A stretch of 64,000 bases of DNA from Deltaproteobacteria bacterium (GTDB lineage Bacteria; Myxococcota; Kuafuiibacteriia; Kuafuiibacteriales; Kuafuiibacteriaceae): assembly GCA_040218735.1 (NCBI GenBank), contig JAVJQW010000017.1, positions 32,001 through 96,000 of the forward strand. The letters are read 5' to 3'. The notes under the pieces are model-generated. The model ran no database searches, had not been told where the DNA came from, and saw only the letters and a program-made list of their open reading frames with translations. A program made the position numbers and the translations under genes. Of this stretch, positions 8,833 to 18,100 are shown in pieces; the first letter of the stretch is position 1; every line of letters starts with the position of its first letter.

Positions 8833-11800
8833 CTATCTGTTGGTCAGCGGGTCATGTGTGGTCGGATAAACATGGTGGCGAGTCGGCTTACCAGGAATAT
8901 CTACTCCATAGTGGGGAGGAATCGATGTTCCGTTCGGGAATTTATGGCCAAACTCGTCAAAATGTGCCCCGATGCCCTCCGACGATACCGGATCCCATTC
9001 CAACCTCTCACCCGGCGCACCTGTTGGTGATCGAGATCCAGGTCGAGACGGAACGGACCGAGCTGGGGGTGTGCCGGCCGGGATACCAGCTTGCCGGAGG
9101 GCTGCGCGACGAGCGGCACTCTCCGACGCATGCTCGATAATGATGGTCCCATCGGGGCAAGCGTTGTGGGCCCGCACCGAAGCTTCTCCGACAAGGTACT
9201 CGTGGTCTCCTTCTACCTCCAAGTTATAGACCCGGTGAGCGCCTCGAATCCGCTCCAGCGATTCGATCGCTACCGCGCCCTCGATGGTCTGGAGGCGCTC
9301 GCCGACCTGAAGGTTCCGAACGTGAACCCAAGCTCTCCGATCGAGCGAGTAGAGTGGATGCGACCCGGTCAGCGAGAGGGGCGTTCGGTGTCCGACGACC
9401 CCCAACACGTAGACGTCTTCGCTATCGCGGCTGATCGTCGCTAGGACCACACGCCCATCCTCAGCAGGCTGCCTCGGAGCTTCACGAACCGCGGTAACGA
9501 TCCCCTCGCCCGCCACTCCGAGCTCCTCGATCTCGAGAACGGCGGAGTCCCCGGCCGATTGAACAGCGCGCGCCTCGAACCAGTCGGTGGGCCGAAGGAC
9601 GTCGACGACGATCACGCCACGCTGTCCGGCGAACTCGATGGTCGCGACCGACCAGGTCTCGTCGACCTTCGATTCGGACGATCCGCCGTAGGTCGCGACA
9701 CGATCGCCCACGCGGATTTCTTCGATGGGGACTCGCCCCTCTGCGGTGGCCACCATCGTGCCCGCCACGAAGCACCCATCTCGAAGTTTCGACGCGATCC
9801 TGCGGAGGGCTGCGGAGCCGCGCCGCGCCAGGGACGTGAGACCGCGGATGGCGGTGGCGAGCTCGATCGTCTCCTTCACTCCACTCAGGACATCCGCCGC
9901 ATGTTTCCCTTGCTCGAAGCCCGTGCTGGTCTGCGCCGCCACGAGGGATGCGGCCGTCTGGTTGGTCGGGAGCAGACGCTCGAGCGTCCCTGCGTCCGGG
10001 TCCTGGTCGAGCGCTCGCGTCGGCGTGGGTACGATCGCCTGCACGATCGGCATCGCGATGGGGCCGATGGGCCCGGGCAATGTCAGGTAGGTCATCGGGT
10101 CGTGCGCGACGTGCTGCAACGCGCGGGTCACGTAACCGCCGATGAACTGCGCCGCCTCGGACGCGTGTCCCGTCATGTCGTAGGCGGCGATCGGGTTGTT
10201 CGCAGCGTAGCCGTAGAGGTTGCACTCGGCGGGGCGCGCGGCGCACGCGTCGAGCTGTTCGAAGAGCTTCGGGTCCGGCGTCCAGAACCGCCCGAGGTGC
10301 GGATCGTAGTCGCGAGATCCGAACCGAATGACGCCGAGATCGGCGTCGTAGCCGTGCTCCACGTAGTCGAACGCAGCGAAGGAGGCCGGGCGAGACGAAC
10401 GCTGCCCGTAGGCCGCCACGTCGTTCTGCACGCCAAGACGATCCGCCAGGAGACTGCCCCGCGCGTCCGTGTGCACCAGCTCGAAACGACCGTGCTCGAC
10501 GACACCGATCAGTCGACCCGCGAGCCGCACCGGCTCGACGAACGTCGCGCCGTCGAGGTGACCGCCGAACAGATAGGCGGCCTCCGGGACGCCGTTGCGT
10601 GTCTTGAGGATCCGCTCCCCATTCTCGTCGTACTCGAAGCGGAGGATGTCGGCGCCGCCCCCTACCCGCGGGACCACGGCGCGCTCCACGTGTCCGTGCG
10701 GCCCGTAGGACAGCGTGATGCCATCGCGCTCGATGATCCGACCCGACGCGTCGAACCGGTACGTCGAGCCACCGGCCTGGAGCGTCGAGCCCTGCCGCGT
10801 CAGGACGCGTCGTCCGGCGGCGTCCTCGAGCACATCGATGAGGCCCGTCTCGTCGTAGTGGTAGCGCTCGGGCGCCCCGGCACCGTTCACCTCCTCGAGG
10901 AACCCTCGCGCGTCGTACCGGTAGTCGAGCACGCGCCGATCCGTGCCGACGGTGGTGACTTCTTCGCGAACGTGACCTCGATCGTCGACGTACCAGCCGA
11001 CGCCCGACACCTGGGCGCCGGCGTCGAGCCAGAAGCCGTTCGGTTCCCGTGTCGTCGCGTCGAAGCTGAAGACGAGATCACGGCCCGCGCCGAAGTCCGC
11101 GCGGTACATCCGTCCTTCCGCGTCGTAGTACAGCTCGAATGCGCGTGCGCCGCCGATGTCCACCGCGGCCAATCGCCCGTATGCGTCGTACGTGTAGGCC
11201 TGGTCGACCTTCTCCAGACCGTACCCGGTCGCCGTGTCGCGAACCGTGCGCGTGGTCGTCGCGAGGTCGCCGTTTTCGTAATACGTCGAGACGACCTCGA
11301 CCTCGCGCCAGCCCCCCACGGTCATGGACACGAGGCGGGTGGTGCCGTCGGGGTTGCGGAGCGTCTTCCGCTGGAAGCCGGTGCCGTGCACCTCCGTGAC
11401 GTAGCCACGTTGCCCGGGGGCGCCGGTGCTCCCGCCGTCGTAGATGAATTCGTACGGGACCCTCGCTCCGGTCGCGACGTCGACGTGTTGCTCGCGGACG
11501 ACTCGACCGATCGCATCGACCGTGTAGTCGACGGTCCGTGCGAGCGTCCCCGTCGCGTCGAGGTGGCGTTTGTGCGCGAGGATGCCCGTCGTGGCGTCGT
11601 AGACGTAGGACACGCCCGCGACGCCGACGCGTTTGACCTCTTTGCCGCGACCGTAGTCGTCGTAGCGAATCCTGTGGTCGGTCCCGTCCGCGAGCGTCAC
11701 GCCGACGATACGACCCTGAGCGTCGTACGAGGCACGTGTGTCGTTGCCGAGCTCGTCCGTCCGAATCAGGACCCTGCCCGCCGCGTCCTCGACGATCTTG

Positions 11801-14800
11801 CTGATGTGCGATCCGTTCTCTTCAAACGATCGGACGAGCCTGTCACCAACGATCGCGAGGCTGGTCTCGATGCGTTCGACGTTCGCCCCCTGGGTCACGA
11901 CGGAGTGTTCGGCGGCGTGTCCGAAGCCGGCGGTGCGCGTCGATGCCACGAGCTCCGCTCCGACGTAGAGGTCGCCGTAGAGCAGCGTGCTCAGGCCACC
12001 CGGCGCGATCGGATCACGCACCAACGTCTTGTCGATTCCGAGCGTCCGATCGCGTTGACTCAGCCCGCTGACGGCCCAGCCCTGCGGAATCTCGGTGACG
12101 TCGACCAAAGACGCCCCGTCGGCGGCGATGAGCTGCGCCGTTCGTTGCGTGATGCCCGCCGTGCCATCGACGAGGCGCTCGATCTCCACGACGCCGACCG
12201 AGGTCGCCGTGGGCCACGTGTAGGCGAAGCGCTCGGTCGGTGTCGCTTGCGTCGATCCACCGAAGTCGTCCCACGACCGCTCCAGACGCTCGTACCCGTC
12301 GTACGCGAAGTGCGTCGTGAACCGAGCTCCCGAGCCACGGTCGATTTCTATCGCCCGGATGTTGGTGGTCACCGGATCGAAGTCGACGATGTTCGTCGCA
12401 ACCCCGTCGGGCGCCGTCGTCCCCACGACGATTTCCGTCGCCGGGTCGTAGTCGATCTTGGTCGTCCCGCGACCTGGCGCGGAGACCGACTTCACGCGAT
12501 CGAGTGCGTCGTAGCTGATGTCCTGCTGGACGAGTGGCCCCTGCGACCCCGTGCGTTCGACACGCGTCACGAGCCCGCGAGCGTTGCGCGTGATCGTCTG
12601 CGACTCCGTAAAGTCGAGCGACGCGTCCGCGTGGCTACCCGTCAGGCTGACCCGACTCGGCATGCAGTGGAGCGCATCGACGAGCCCGACCGCCATCGCC
12701 AGATCTCGCGTCTCGGTGAGCGTCCCGTGACGGCTGGTGCTCGAGACGTCGACGGGACACCACTCGCGCTGGTGCGCCATGACCTCTGAGGTCTCCTCGA
12801 CGACCGCTCCGCTCGCGACGTCTTCCCACCCCGTGCGCGTGAGCCGAGAGCGTCGCCAACGAACCCCGAGGTGCGAACGAAGATCGTGTTCGTGCGCCGT
12901 GTAGCGCACCAGATCCGGCGTGCTGGGATCGAAGGTCTGCGACCGGACGACGATCCCCGGGACGTCGTCCTCGTGCACGTACGACAGCTCCTCCGTGCTC
13001 CTCGGTCCGACCGCTCGCACGAGGTCGAAGCCGATGACCTGACGTCCGACGCTGTGGGCGACGGGGCCGTCGTACACGTACTGATGCGCTACGGCGTCGT
13101 ACCCTCCGGACTCCGAGACGACCTCCGTCAGGACGACGCGCCGTCGCGGCACCTCGGGGTGGGCGTGCGCGTAGCCGTAGCCGAAGCGCATGCGGTTGCC
13201 GCGGCCGTCGTCGGCTTGGACCATCAGCCCGGTCGACGCGCTGGACAGGGGCAGCGCCCACGCCTGCCCGCCGGAGACGTACACGAGCTCGACCTCGCCC
13301 GACCCACGAATATCGGCAACGACCGGGTTACTCGTGTTGATCCCCACACCATTCAGCGCCGGGATGACGCGCTCAAGGAAGTGCTCGCCGAAGTTGATGA
13401 AGAGGAAGGCCGCCGAGCTGTGCCATAGGAGGACATCCGTCAGTCCATCGCGGTTCGCATCGAGGAAACTCGCGCCGAACCCCGACAGACCACCGAGCGG
13501 CGTACCGGAGCGCGTGACGAACGAGAGCGGGACGCCCTGCGGTTCGAACTGAAGGTTGCCCCGCCCGTACCAGACGACGAGCGCACCGGGGTGGCGGCCC
13601 ACGAGATCGACGAGACCGTCCCCGTTGATGTCATGGATCCAAGCGGTGTCGGGGTCGAACGCCGGCGAGAGCGCGGTCGTCACGCCGTCCTCGAAGCTCC
13701 ACCCTCCGGTCTCGCTCTGGTTGTGCAGCACCTCGACGCTGCCGTACGTCAGACGGACGAAGTCCGGCTGTCGATCGCGGTCGACGTCGACGAGGCGCGT
13801 AGTCGCATCGAGCTCCCAGACCCCAGGCACGTCGGCCTCGTGCAGCGGGGTTCCGTCCCGATCACACAGGAGGATCGTCGTCACATTCGTCGACGGGATC
13901 CGTTGCGCGTAGACCACCTGCGGCTCCGTCTCGGATGCACGCATGCGAGCGAGTACCCGCGGAGTGTTGTAGAGGCTGTCGTCCGGGCGACAACGCTGGT
14001 CCGCCTGGGCGTTCGGCGCGAGGGGCTCGCTCCTCCAGCCGTCGTCTGTCTGGTGAACCAGCGCAAACGCGAAGTGGTGCTCGAAGTCGACCCGTCCGTC
14101 CTCCTCGACGTCGAGCGTCGCTGAATAGGTCGGCTGCAGCGCTGCCCCTCCCGCCGCCGCGAGATAGCCCTCGATGCCATCCGCCCGTACGAACTCAGCG
14201 TCGTCGATCGTCTGGTCGCCGAAGTCATACGTGAACGTCCGCGGCGGCTCTCCCGCTCCGCCCGCGTAGGTCTTGGTGATCGACTCCAGATAGAACGCGC
14301 GCCCCATCGGGCTGTGGACGTAGTCGAGCGCGTGCGTCCAACGCAGCGCGTACGCTCCCGTCTGCGCGTGTCTGCTGTAGGCCTCGACACGCGCGACACG
14401 CCGGTCGAGCAACGTCGCTTCGCCCGACGCGTAGGACACGTACGGGACCGGGATCGTCTCGTAGATCAGTCGAACCTGCTGCTCGTCCTGGTGCCCCGGG
14501 CCACCGTACGTGACCGTCGACAGGAATCGGGCGCCCGAGGGGGCGACCGTCCAGGCGTAATCGGCGCGATCGCCGCGGTACCCTTCGACCCGCGTGAGGT
14601 ACCACGCGTACGTCCCGAGGGTGCGGTCGAGGCGTTCGAAGAACTCGTAGCGCGTTCCATCGCCCGACTCGACGACCCAGCCCGCCGACGTCTGCGTGAA
14701 ACGCAACCGGTCGCGGAAACCGAGCGTGTACCAGTAGCCGTCGCTCCCCGGCTTCAACTGACCCCACGGCGAAGTGACCTCGTCGGTCGCGTAGTCCAGG

Positions 14801-15147
14801 TCGCCGACGAACCGATAGCGACGGATCGACAGCTCGTTGGACCAGCCCATCCCCCACTCCGACTGTCCAGACTCCGGGGAGTACGACGGTGCGAACATCA
14901 GGTCCGGACCGCCGCGCTCTTCGGGGTGGTCGATACCGCTCGGCAGCGACTGAACACCGCGCGCCAGGTCGCCCGGGCCGAAGGCCTGCTTACTCAGGGC
15001 ACCGGCGATCGAAGCGATCGACGGACCGTTGATCGTCGGTGTCTGAACCAACGCGTCGTTGAAGGACTGCGCCGAAGCCTCGTGGCTCCACAAGGACGCA
15101 GCGGTACACGTCAGCGCGACGAGCGCGCCTCTACGAATGGTCTTCAT
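8833..15147 (-). CDS. RHS/YD-repeat polymorphic toxin: signal peptide, SpvB-like, FG-GAP repeats, YD repeats, RHS core, Hint domain, HNH-type tip
   Basis: Signal ends ASA-Q; SpvB-like YSPESGQSEWGMGW; DVDRDRQPD and DINGDGLVD repeats; core RDYDPHLGRFWTPDP...YAANNPIAAYDMTG; Hint CFVAGT...VRAHN; His-rich tip. Confidence 0.92.
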   Translation of the reverse strand: MKTIRRGALVALTCTAASLWSHEASAQSFNDALVQTPTINGPSIASIAGALSKQAFGPGDLARGVQSLPSGIDHPEERGGPDLMFAPSYSPESGQSEWGMGWSNELSIRRYRFVGDLDYATDEVTSPWGQLKPGSDGYWYTLGFRDRLRFTQTSAGWVVESGDGTRYEFFERLDRTLGTYAWYLTRVEGYRGDRADYAWTVAPSGARFLSTVTYGGPGHQDEQQVRLIYETIPVPYVSYASGEATLLDRRVARVEAYSRHAQTGAYALRWTHALDYVHSPMGRAFYLESITKTYAGGAGEPPRTFTYDFGDQTIDDAEFVRADGIEGYLAAAGGAALQPTYSATLDVEEDGRVDFEHHFAFALVHQTDDGWRSEPLAPNAQADQRCRPDDSLYNTPRVLARMRASETEPQVVYAQRIPSTNVTTILLCDRDGTPLHEADVPGVWELDATTRLVDVDRDRQPDFVRLTYGSVEVLHNQSETGGWSFEDGVTTALSPAFDPDTAWIHDINGDGLVDLVGRHPGALVVWYGRGNLQFEPQGVPLSFVTRSGTPLGGLSGFGASFLDANRDGLTDVLLWHSSAAFLFINFGEHFLERVIPALNGVGINTSNPVVADIRGSGEVELVYVSGGQAWALPLSSASTGLMVQADDGRGNRMRFGYGYAHAHPEVPRRRVVLTEVVSESGGYDAVAHQYVYDGPVAHSVGRQVIGFDLVRAVGPRSTEELSYVHEDDVPGIVVRSQTFDPSTPDLVRYTAHEHDLRSHLGVRWRRSRLTRTGWEDVASGAVVEETSEVMAHQREWCPVDVSSTSRHGTLTETRDLAMAVGLVDALHCMPSRVSLTGSHADASLDFTESQTITRNARGLVTRVERTGSQGPLVQQDISYDALDRVKSVSAPGRGTTKIDYDPATEIVVGTTAPDGVATNIVDFDPVTTNIRAIEIDRGSGARFTTHFAYDGYERLERSWDDFGGSTQATPTERFAYTWPTATSVGVVEIERLVDGTAGITQRTAQLIAADGASLVDVTEIPQGWAVSGLSQRDRTLGIDKTLVRDPIAPGGLSTLLYGDLYVGAELVASTRTAGFGHAAEHSVVTQGANVERIETSLAIVGDRLVRSFEENGSHISKIVEDAAGRVLIRTDELGNDTRASYDAQGRIVGVTLADGTDHRIRYDDYGRGKEVKRVGVAGVSYVYDATTGILAHKRHLDATGTLARTVDYTVDAIGRVVREQHVDVATGARVPYEFIYDGGSTGAPGQRGYVTEVHGTGFQRKTLRNPDGTTRLVSMTVGGWREVEVVSTYYENGDLATTTRTVRDTATGYGLEKVDQAYTYDAYGRLAAVDIGGARAFELYYDAEGRMYRADFGAGRDLVFSFDATTREPNGFWLDAGAQVSGVGWYVDDRGHVREEVTTVGTDRRVLDYRYDARGFLEEVNGAGAPERYHYDETGLIDVLEDAAGRRVLTRQGSTLQAGGSTYRFDASGRIIERDGITLSYGPHGHVERAVVPRVGGGADILRFEYDENGERILKTRNGVPEAAYLFGGHLDGATFVEPVRLAGRLIGVVEHGRFELVHTDARGSLLADRLGVQNDVAAYGQRSSRPASFAAFDYVEHGYDADLGVIRFGSRDYDPHLGRFWTPDPKLFEQLDACAARPAECNLYGYAANNPIAAYDMTGHASEAAQFIGGYVTRALQHVAHDPMTYLTLPGPIGPIAMPIVQAIVPTPTRALDQDPDAGTLERLLPTNQTAASLVAAQTSTGFEQGKHAADVLSGVKETIELATAIRGLTSLARRGSAALRRIASKLRDGCFVAGTMVATAEGRVPIEEIRVGDRVATYGGSSESKVDETWSVATIEFAGQRGVIVVDVLRPTDWFEARAVQSAGDSAVLEIEELGVAGEGIVTAVREAPRQPAEDGRVVLATISRDSEDVYVLGVVGHRTPLSLTGSHPLYSLDRRAWVHVRNLQVGERLQTIEGAVAIESLERIRGAHRVYNLEVEGDHEYLVGEASVRAHNACPDGTIIIEHASESAARRAALRQAGIPAGTPPARSVPSRPGSRSPTGAPGERLEWDPVSSEGIGAHFDEFGHKFPNGTSIPPHYGVDIPGKPTRHHVYPTTHDPLTNR
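9163..9774 (-). other. Pretoxin Hint (intein-like) autoproteolytic domain within the RHS protein
   Basis: Begins CFVAGTMV; contains LTGSHPLY and VYNLEVEGDHEYLVG; ends HN followed by AC. Confidence 0.9.
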
Positions 15148-15162
15148 GTCGGACTCCTCGAA

Positions 15163-18100
15163 TCAGGGGACGCAGCGGTCGATCCACGTGAGTGGCGTGC
15201 TGGAGGTGGTGGTGCTCTCCAACTCCATGACCATCACGACCTCGGTCGCGTCGAGGAGGTCGGCGTGGTCGACTGGGTTGAACAGGAACTCGAACTCGTT
15301 GAAGGGCGACAGGCCGATGACGTTCGTTCGCGGGGCGCCCTGCGGCGTGTAGAGCGCTGCATTCACCACGGCCAAGGGGTTGTCAAAGTTGGTGTAGACG
15401 TACGGCGCTTCGAATGAGAGCCACTGCGCGTTGTCCATCGTGTAGGTGACCGGCCCCCGTTCGCTCGCGAACGTCTGCGTGAAGCCGGCGTAGCCGATCA
15501 GCTTCGTCTGCAACCTATCGAGCGAATGGACGTCCGCGTTCTCCCCGTCTCCTTGTCGAATGACCGCGAGTCCGAGATGTCGAAGGACGGGGAGCTCCTC
15601 GTAACAGGACAGCGTCGCCGTACCGCCGAGCTCGTAGATGTCGCGCGGCGAAACCGAGATGATCGCCTCCGCGCTCTGCTCGATACTCGTCCACAGCGCC
15701 GCCGCGCGCGCCCGATCCACCCGACGGTGCTCCGTCAGCACGCCGGCGCCGAAGTCACCGGGTTCGAAGGCGGTGAAGCCACCCAAGTCGATCGTGTCGT
15801 CTCCGTCGGGGCGCGGGAACGAGAGCGCGACGAGCCGACGAGCCGTTTCGGTGTCGCGATTACGGAGGTCGACGTGCGCGAGCTCATCGCCGATCTTTCG
15901 AGCGAGCGCGACCATGTTGGACGTAACATCACGCATGGGCGCGTTCGGCGACATGTCCAGCAGCGCCAGCACGTCGGGATCGGCGGCGAGCGCGGCAAGG
16001 ACTTCGTGGTACCAGAGGTCCAACACGGGGAGCACGAAGGTCCGCATGTCGTCACCGAGGCGACTCGCAGTGGCGAACACGTAGTCCGCGTCGAGGTTCC
16101 GCAGTCCCCACGTCGGGACGAGCTGCAGGAGGACGTCCGCGGACTGCGCGTGCTGGAGCTCCGCGAGCAGCGCGTTGTGCTCGCGAATCAGGAGCTCGAT
16201 CTCACGATCGATCGAGGCGATACGCACGGCACGCTCGAGGCGGACGAGCTCACGGGAGAGGAAGGCTTCGTACATCGTCCGCAGCGGCGTCGGGTACTCG
16301 GACACGTCGAGCACCGGCCCTCCCACGCCGATGGATTGAATGGCGTAGAGGTTGGCGTCGTTGCGAATGGACGTCAGCTCCGACGGGAGCACTTCCCCTC
16401 GACGAACGAGCTCCGTCTCCCGATCTCGCACGTACTCGAGGACCGCGCTGATCCGGCCGAGGAGCTGTTCGGAGACCGTCTCGGCGCTCTGCAGCACGGC
16501 GGCCCGCACGGTGATTCGGTTCGTGCTGTCCGCCACGCGGCAGCGCCAATCATTCACGACGAAGTACAGGTCGGCGTCGTCGCCGACCGTAATGGTGGTG
16601 TGCGGCGATCGAAGCACGTGAATGTCGCGAACGTCGGAGAGCAACGTCGCTCCGCGTGGCATCTCTACGATGACCAGGCTCCCGACCGGAGCGCTCGAGA
16701 TCGGCATGACGGAGAGGAACAGACCGCTCTCGAAGGAAGCTGCGGTTCGACTCTCGAAGCCAGCGCTATCCGTATGACTCCTCGACTCGGTGATGCTGTT
16801 GTCATTGTAGACGCAGGCCTTCGCCGAGACCCCGAACCAGGCGGTGTCGTTCCCGATGCAGATCTCTCCTCGGAGGCCGATGGTCGCAGACATGGAACGC
16901 GACCTCGCCGCGGTCCCCGCGAGGTAGCGGCTGCCGGTCCACGCGACGGAGTAGCCCTCCGGTCCGACCAGCACACCGTGGCTGTCGACGCTCATCGGGA
17001 GGTAGGTGTCCGGTCTCAGCAAGCGGCGGCGGTTCAGCTCACAAGCGGCCGCGTAGCGCCCCTCGGTCCCGACCGAGAGCACCTGGCCCCGCTCGATGGG
17101 GACCATCGGCCCCGTGCGGAGGGTCGCAATCGAGGTTGCGCCGAGGTCGAGCTCCGAGGCGGAGGCACCGCTGACGTCGAAGGGTGCCAACGACGTGACG
17201 TTGAAGAACTGCCCGCCGTCGTACACCCCCGACGTTCGCTCGAACTGCGAGACGAGCTCGGAGTACGTATCGAGCTCCGCAACGGCTCGTTTGTGCCGCG
17301 TGCTTCGTTCGATGAGGAGATCGATGTCGTCGGCAATGCGACGCCGTCGATCGTCGAGCCGCGCGAGGGTTGCTTCGTTCTGCAGCTCGGCGAGGATGCC
17401 GTGGACGATGCCGACGAGATCGCGGTCGTACGTGGAGAGGCGACCTTCGAGCTCCGCGCGCTTGCTCGCGATGTGGCTCACGATGTCGTCACGTTTGGCG
17501 GCTTCGGCGCTCGTGACGAGCGAGCGATCCGATGCGGTCTCGAAGTAACCGCGGGCCCGGTAGCTCGCAGTTCGCTGGCGCGCCAGGCCCACGCTCTGGA
17601 AGTACCGATGCACCGACACCGGGAGCTGGGTGGAGTCGAGCGCGTCGAACTGGGAGGGGTCGTAACCCGCGAAGACGTCGGAGATCGCACGGACGTTCCA
17701 GGTGTGGGCCGGTCGCACGGCCGCAAACGCCTCGGTCCAGCCGTCGAGATCCACGGAGACCTCCGCGATCTCGCGAGCGAGGAGATCGTCGTGCGTCATC
17801 GCGCCGACCAGTGCCCACGTAGCGGAGACGGGCGTCTCGAGATCGTTCGTGCGGCACTGCGCGAAGCCACACGCAATGTCGTGTCCATGGCCGAGGGTGT
17901 CGAGGCGATCCGTGAGCGCGCCCAGGATCTCGCCGCTGATGGCGAGCAGCGGCCGACCGCGGGCCGAGGGTACGCCGTTGTCGCGCACGGACGTGTGAGC
18001 GGCGATGAACACGTCGCGGTCGATGTCGAGACTCGCCGCGACGTTCCCCTCCAGAGCGCTCGCGAAGACGTCGATGTCCACGTTCTCGCGCTCGACGTTC

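Noticed and set aside
8227-9030. 267-aa plus-strand ORF over the toxin tip/immunity region
   Set aside because: Overlaps two better-supported minus-strand genes; Ser/Arg-rich with no motif
9163-9774. Mobile intein with homing endonuclease
   Set aside because: No LAGLIDADG motif; the position before a toxin tip and the HN-A junction fit a pretoxin Hint
9559-12789. 1076-aa plus-strand ORF
   Set aside because: Shadow of the RHS gene; Arg/Val-rich with no domain
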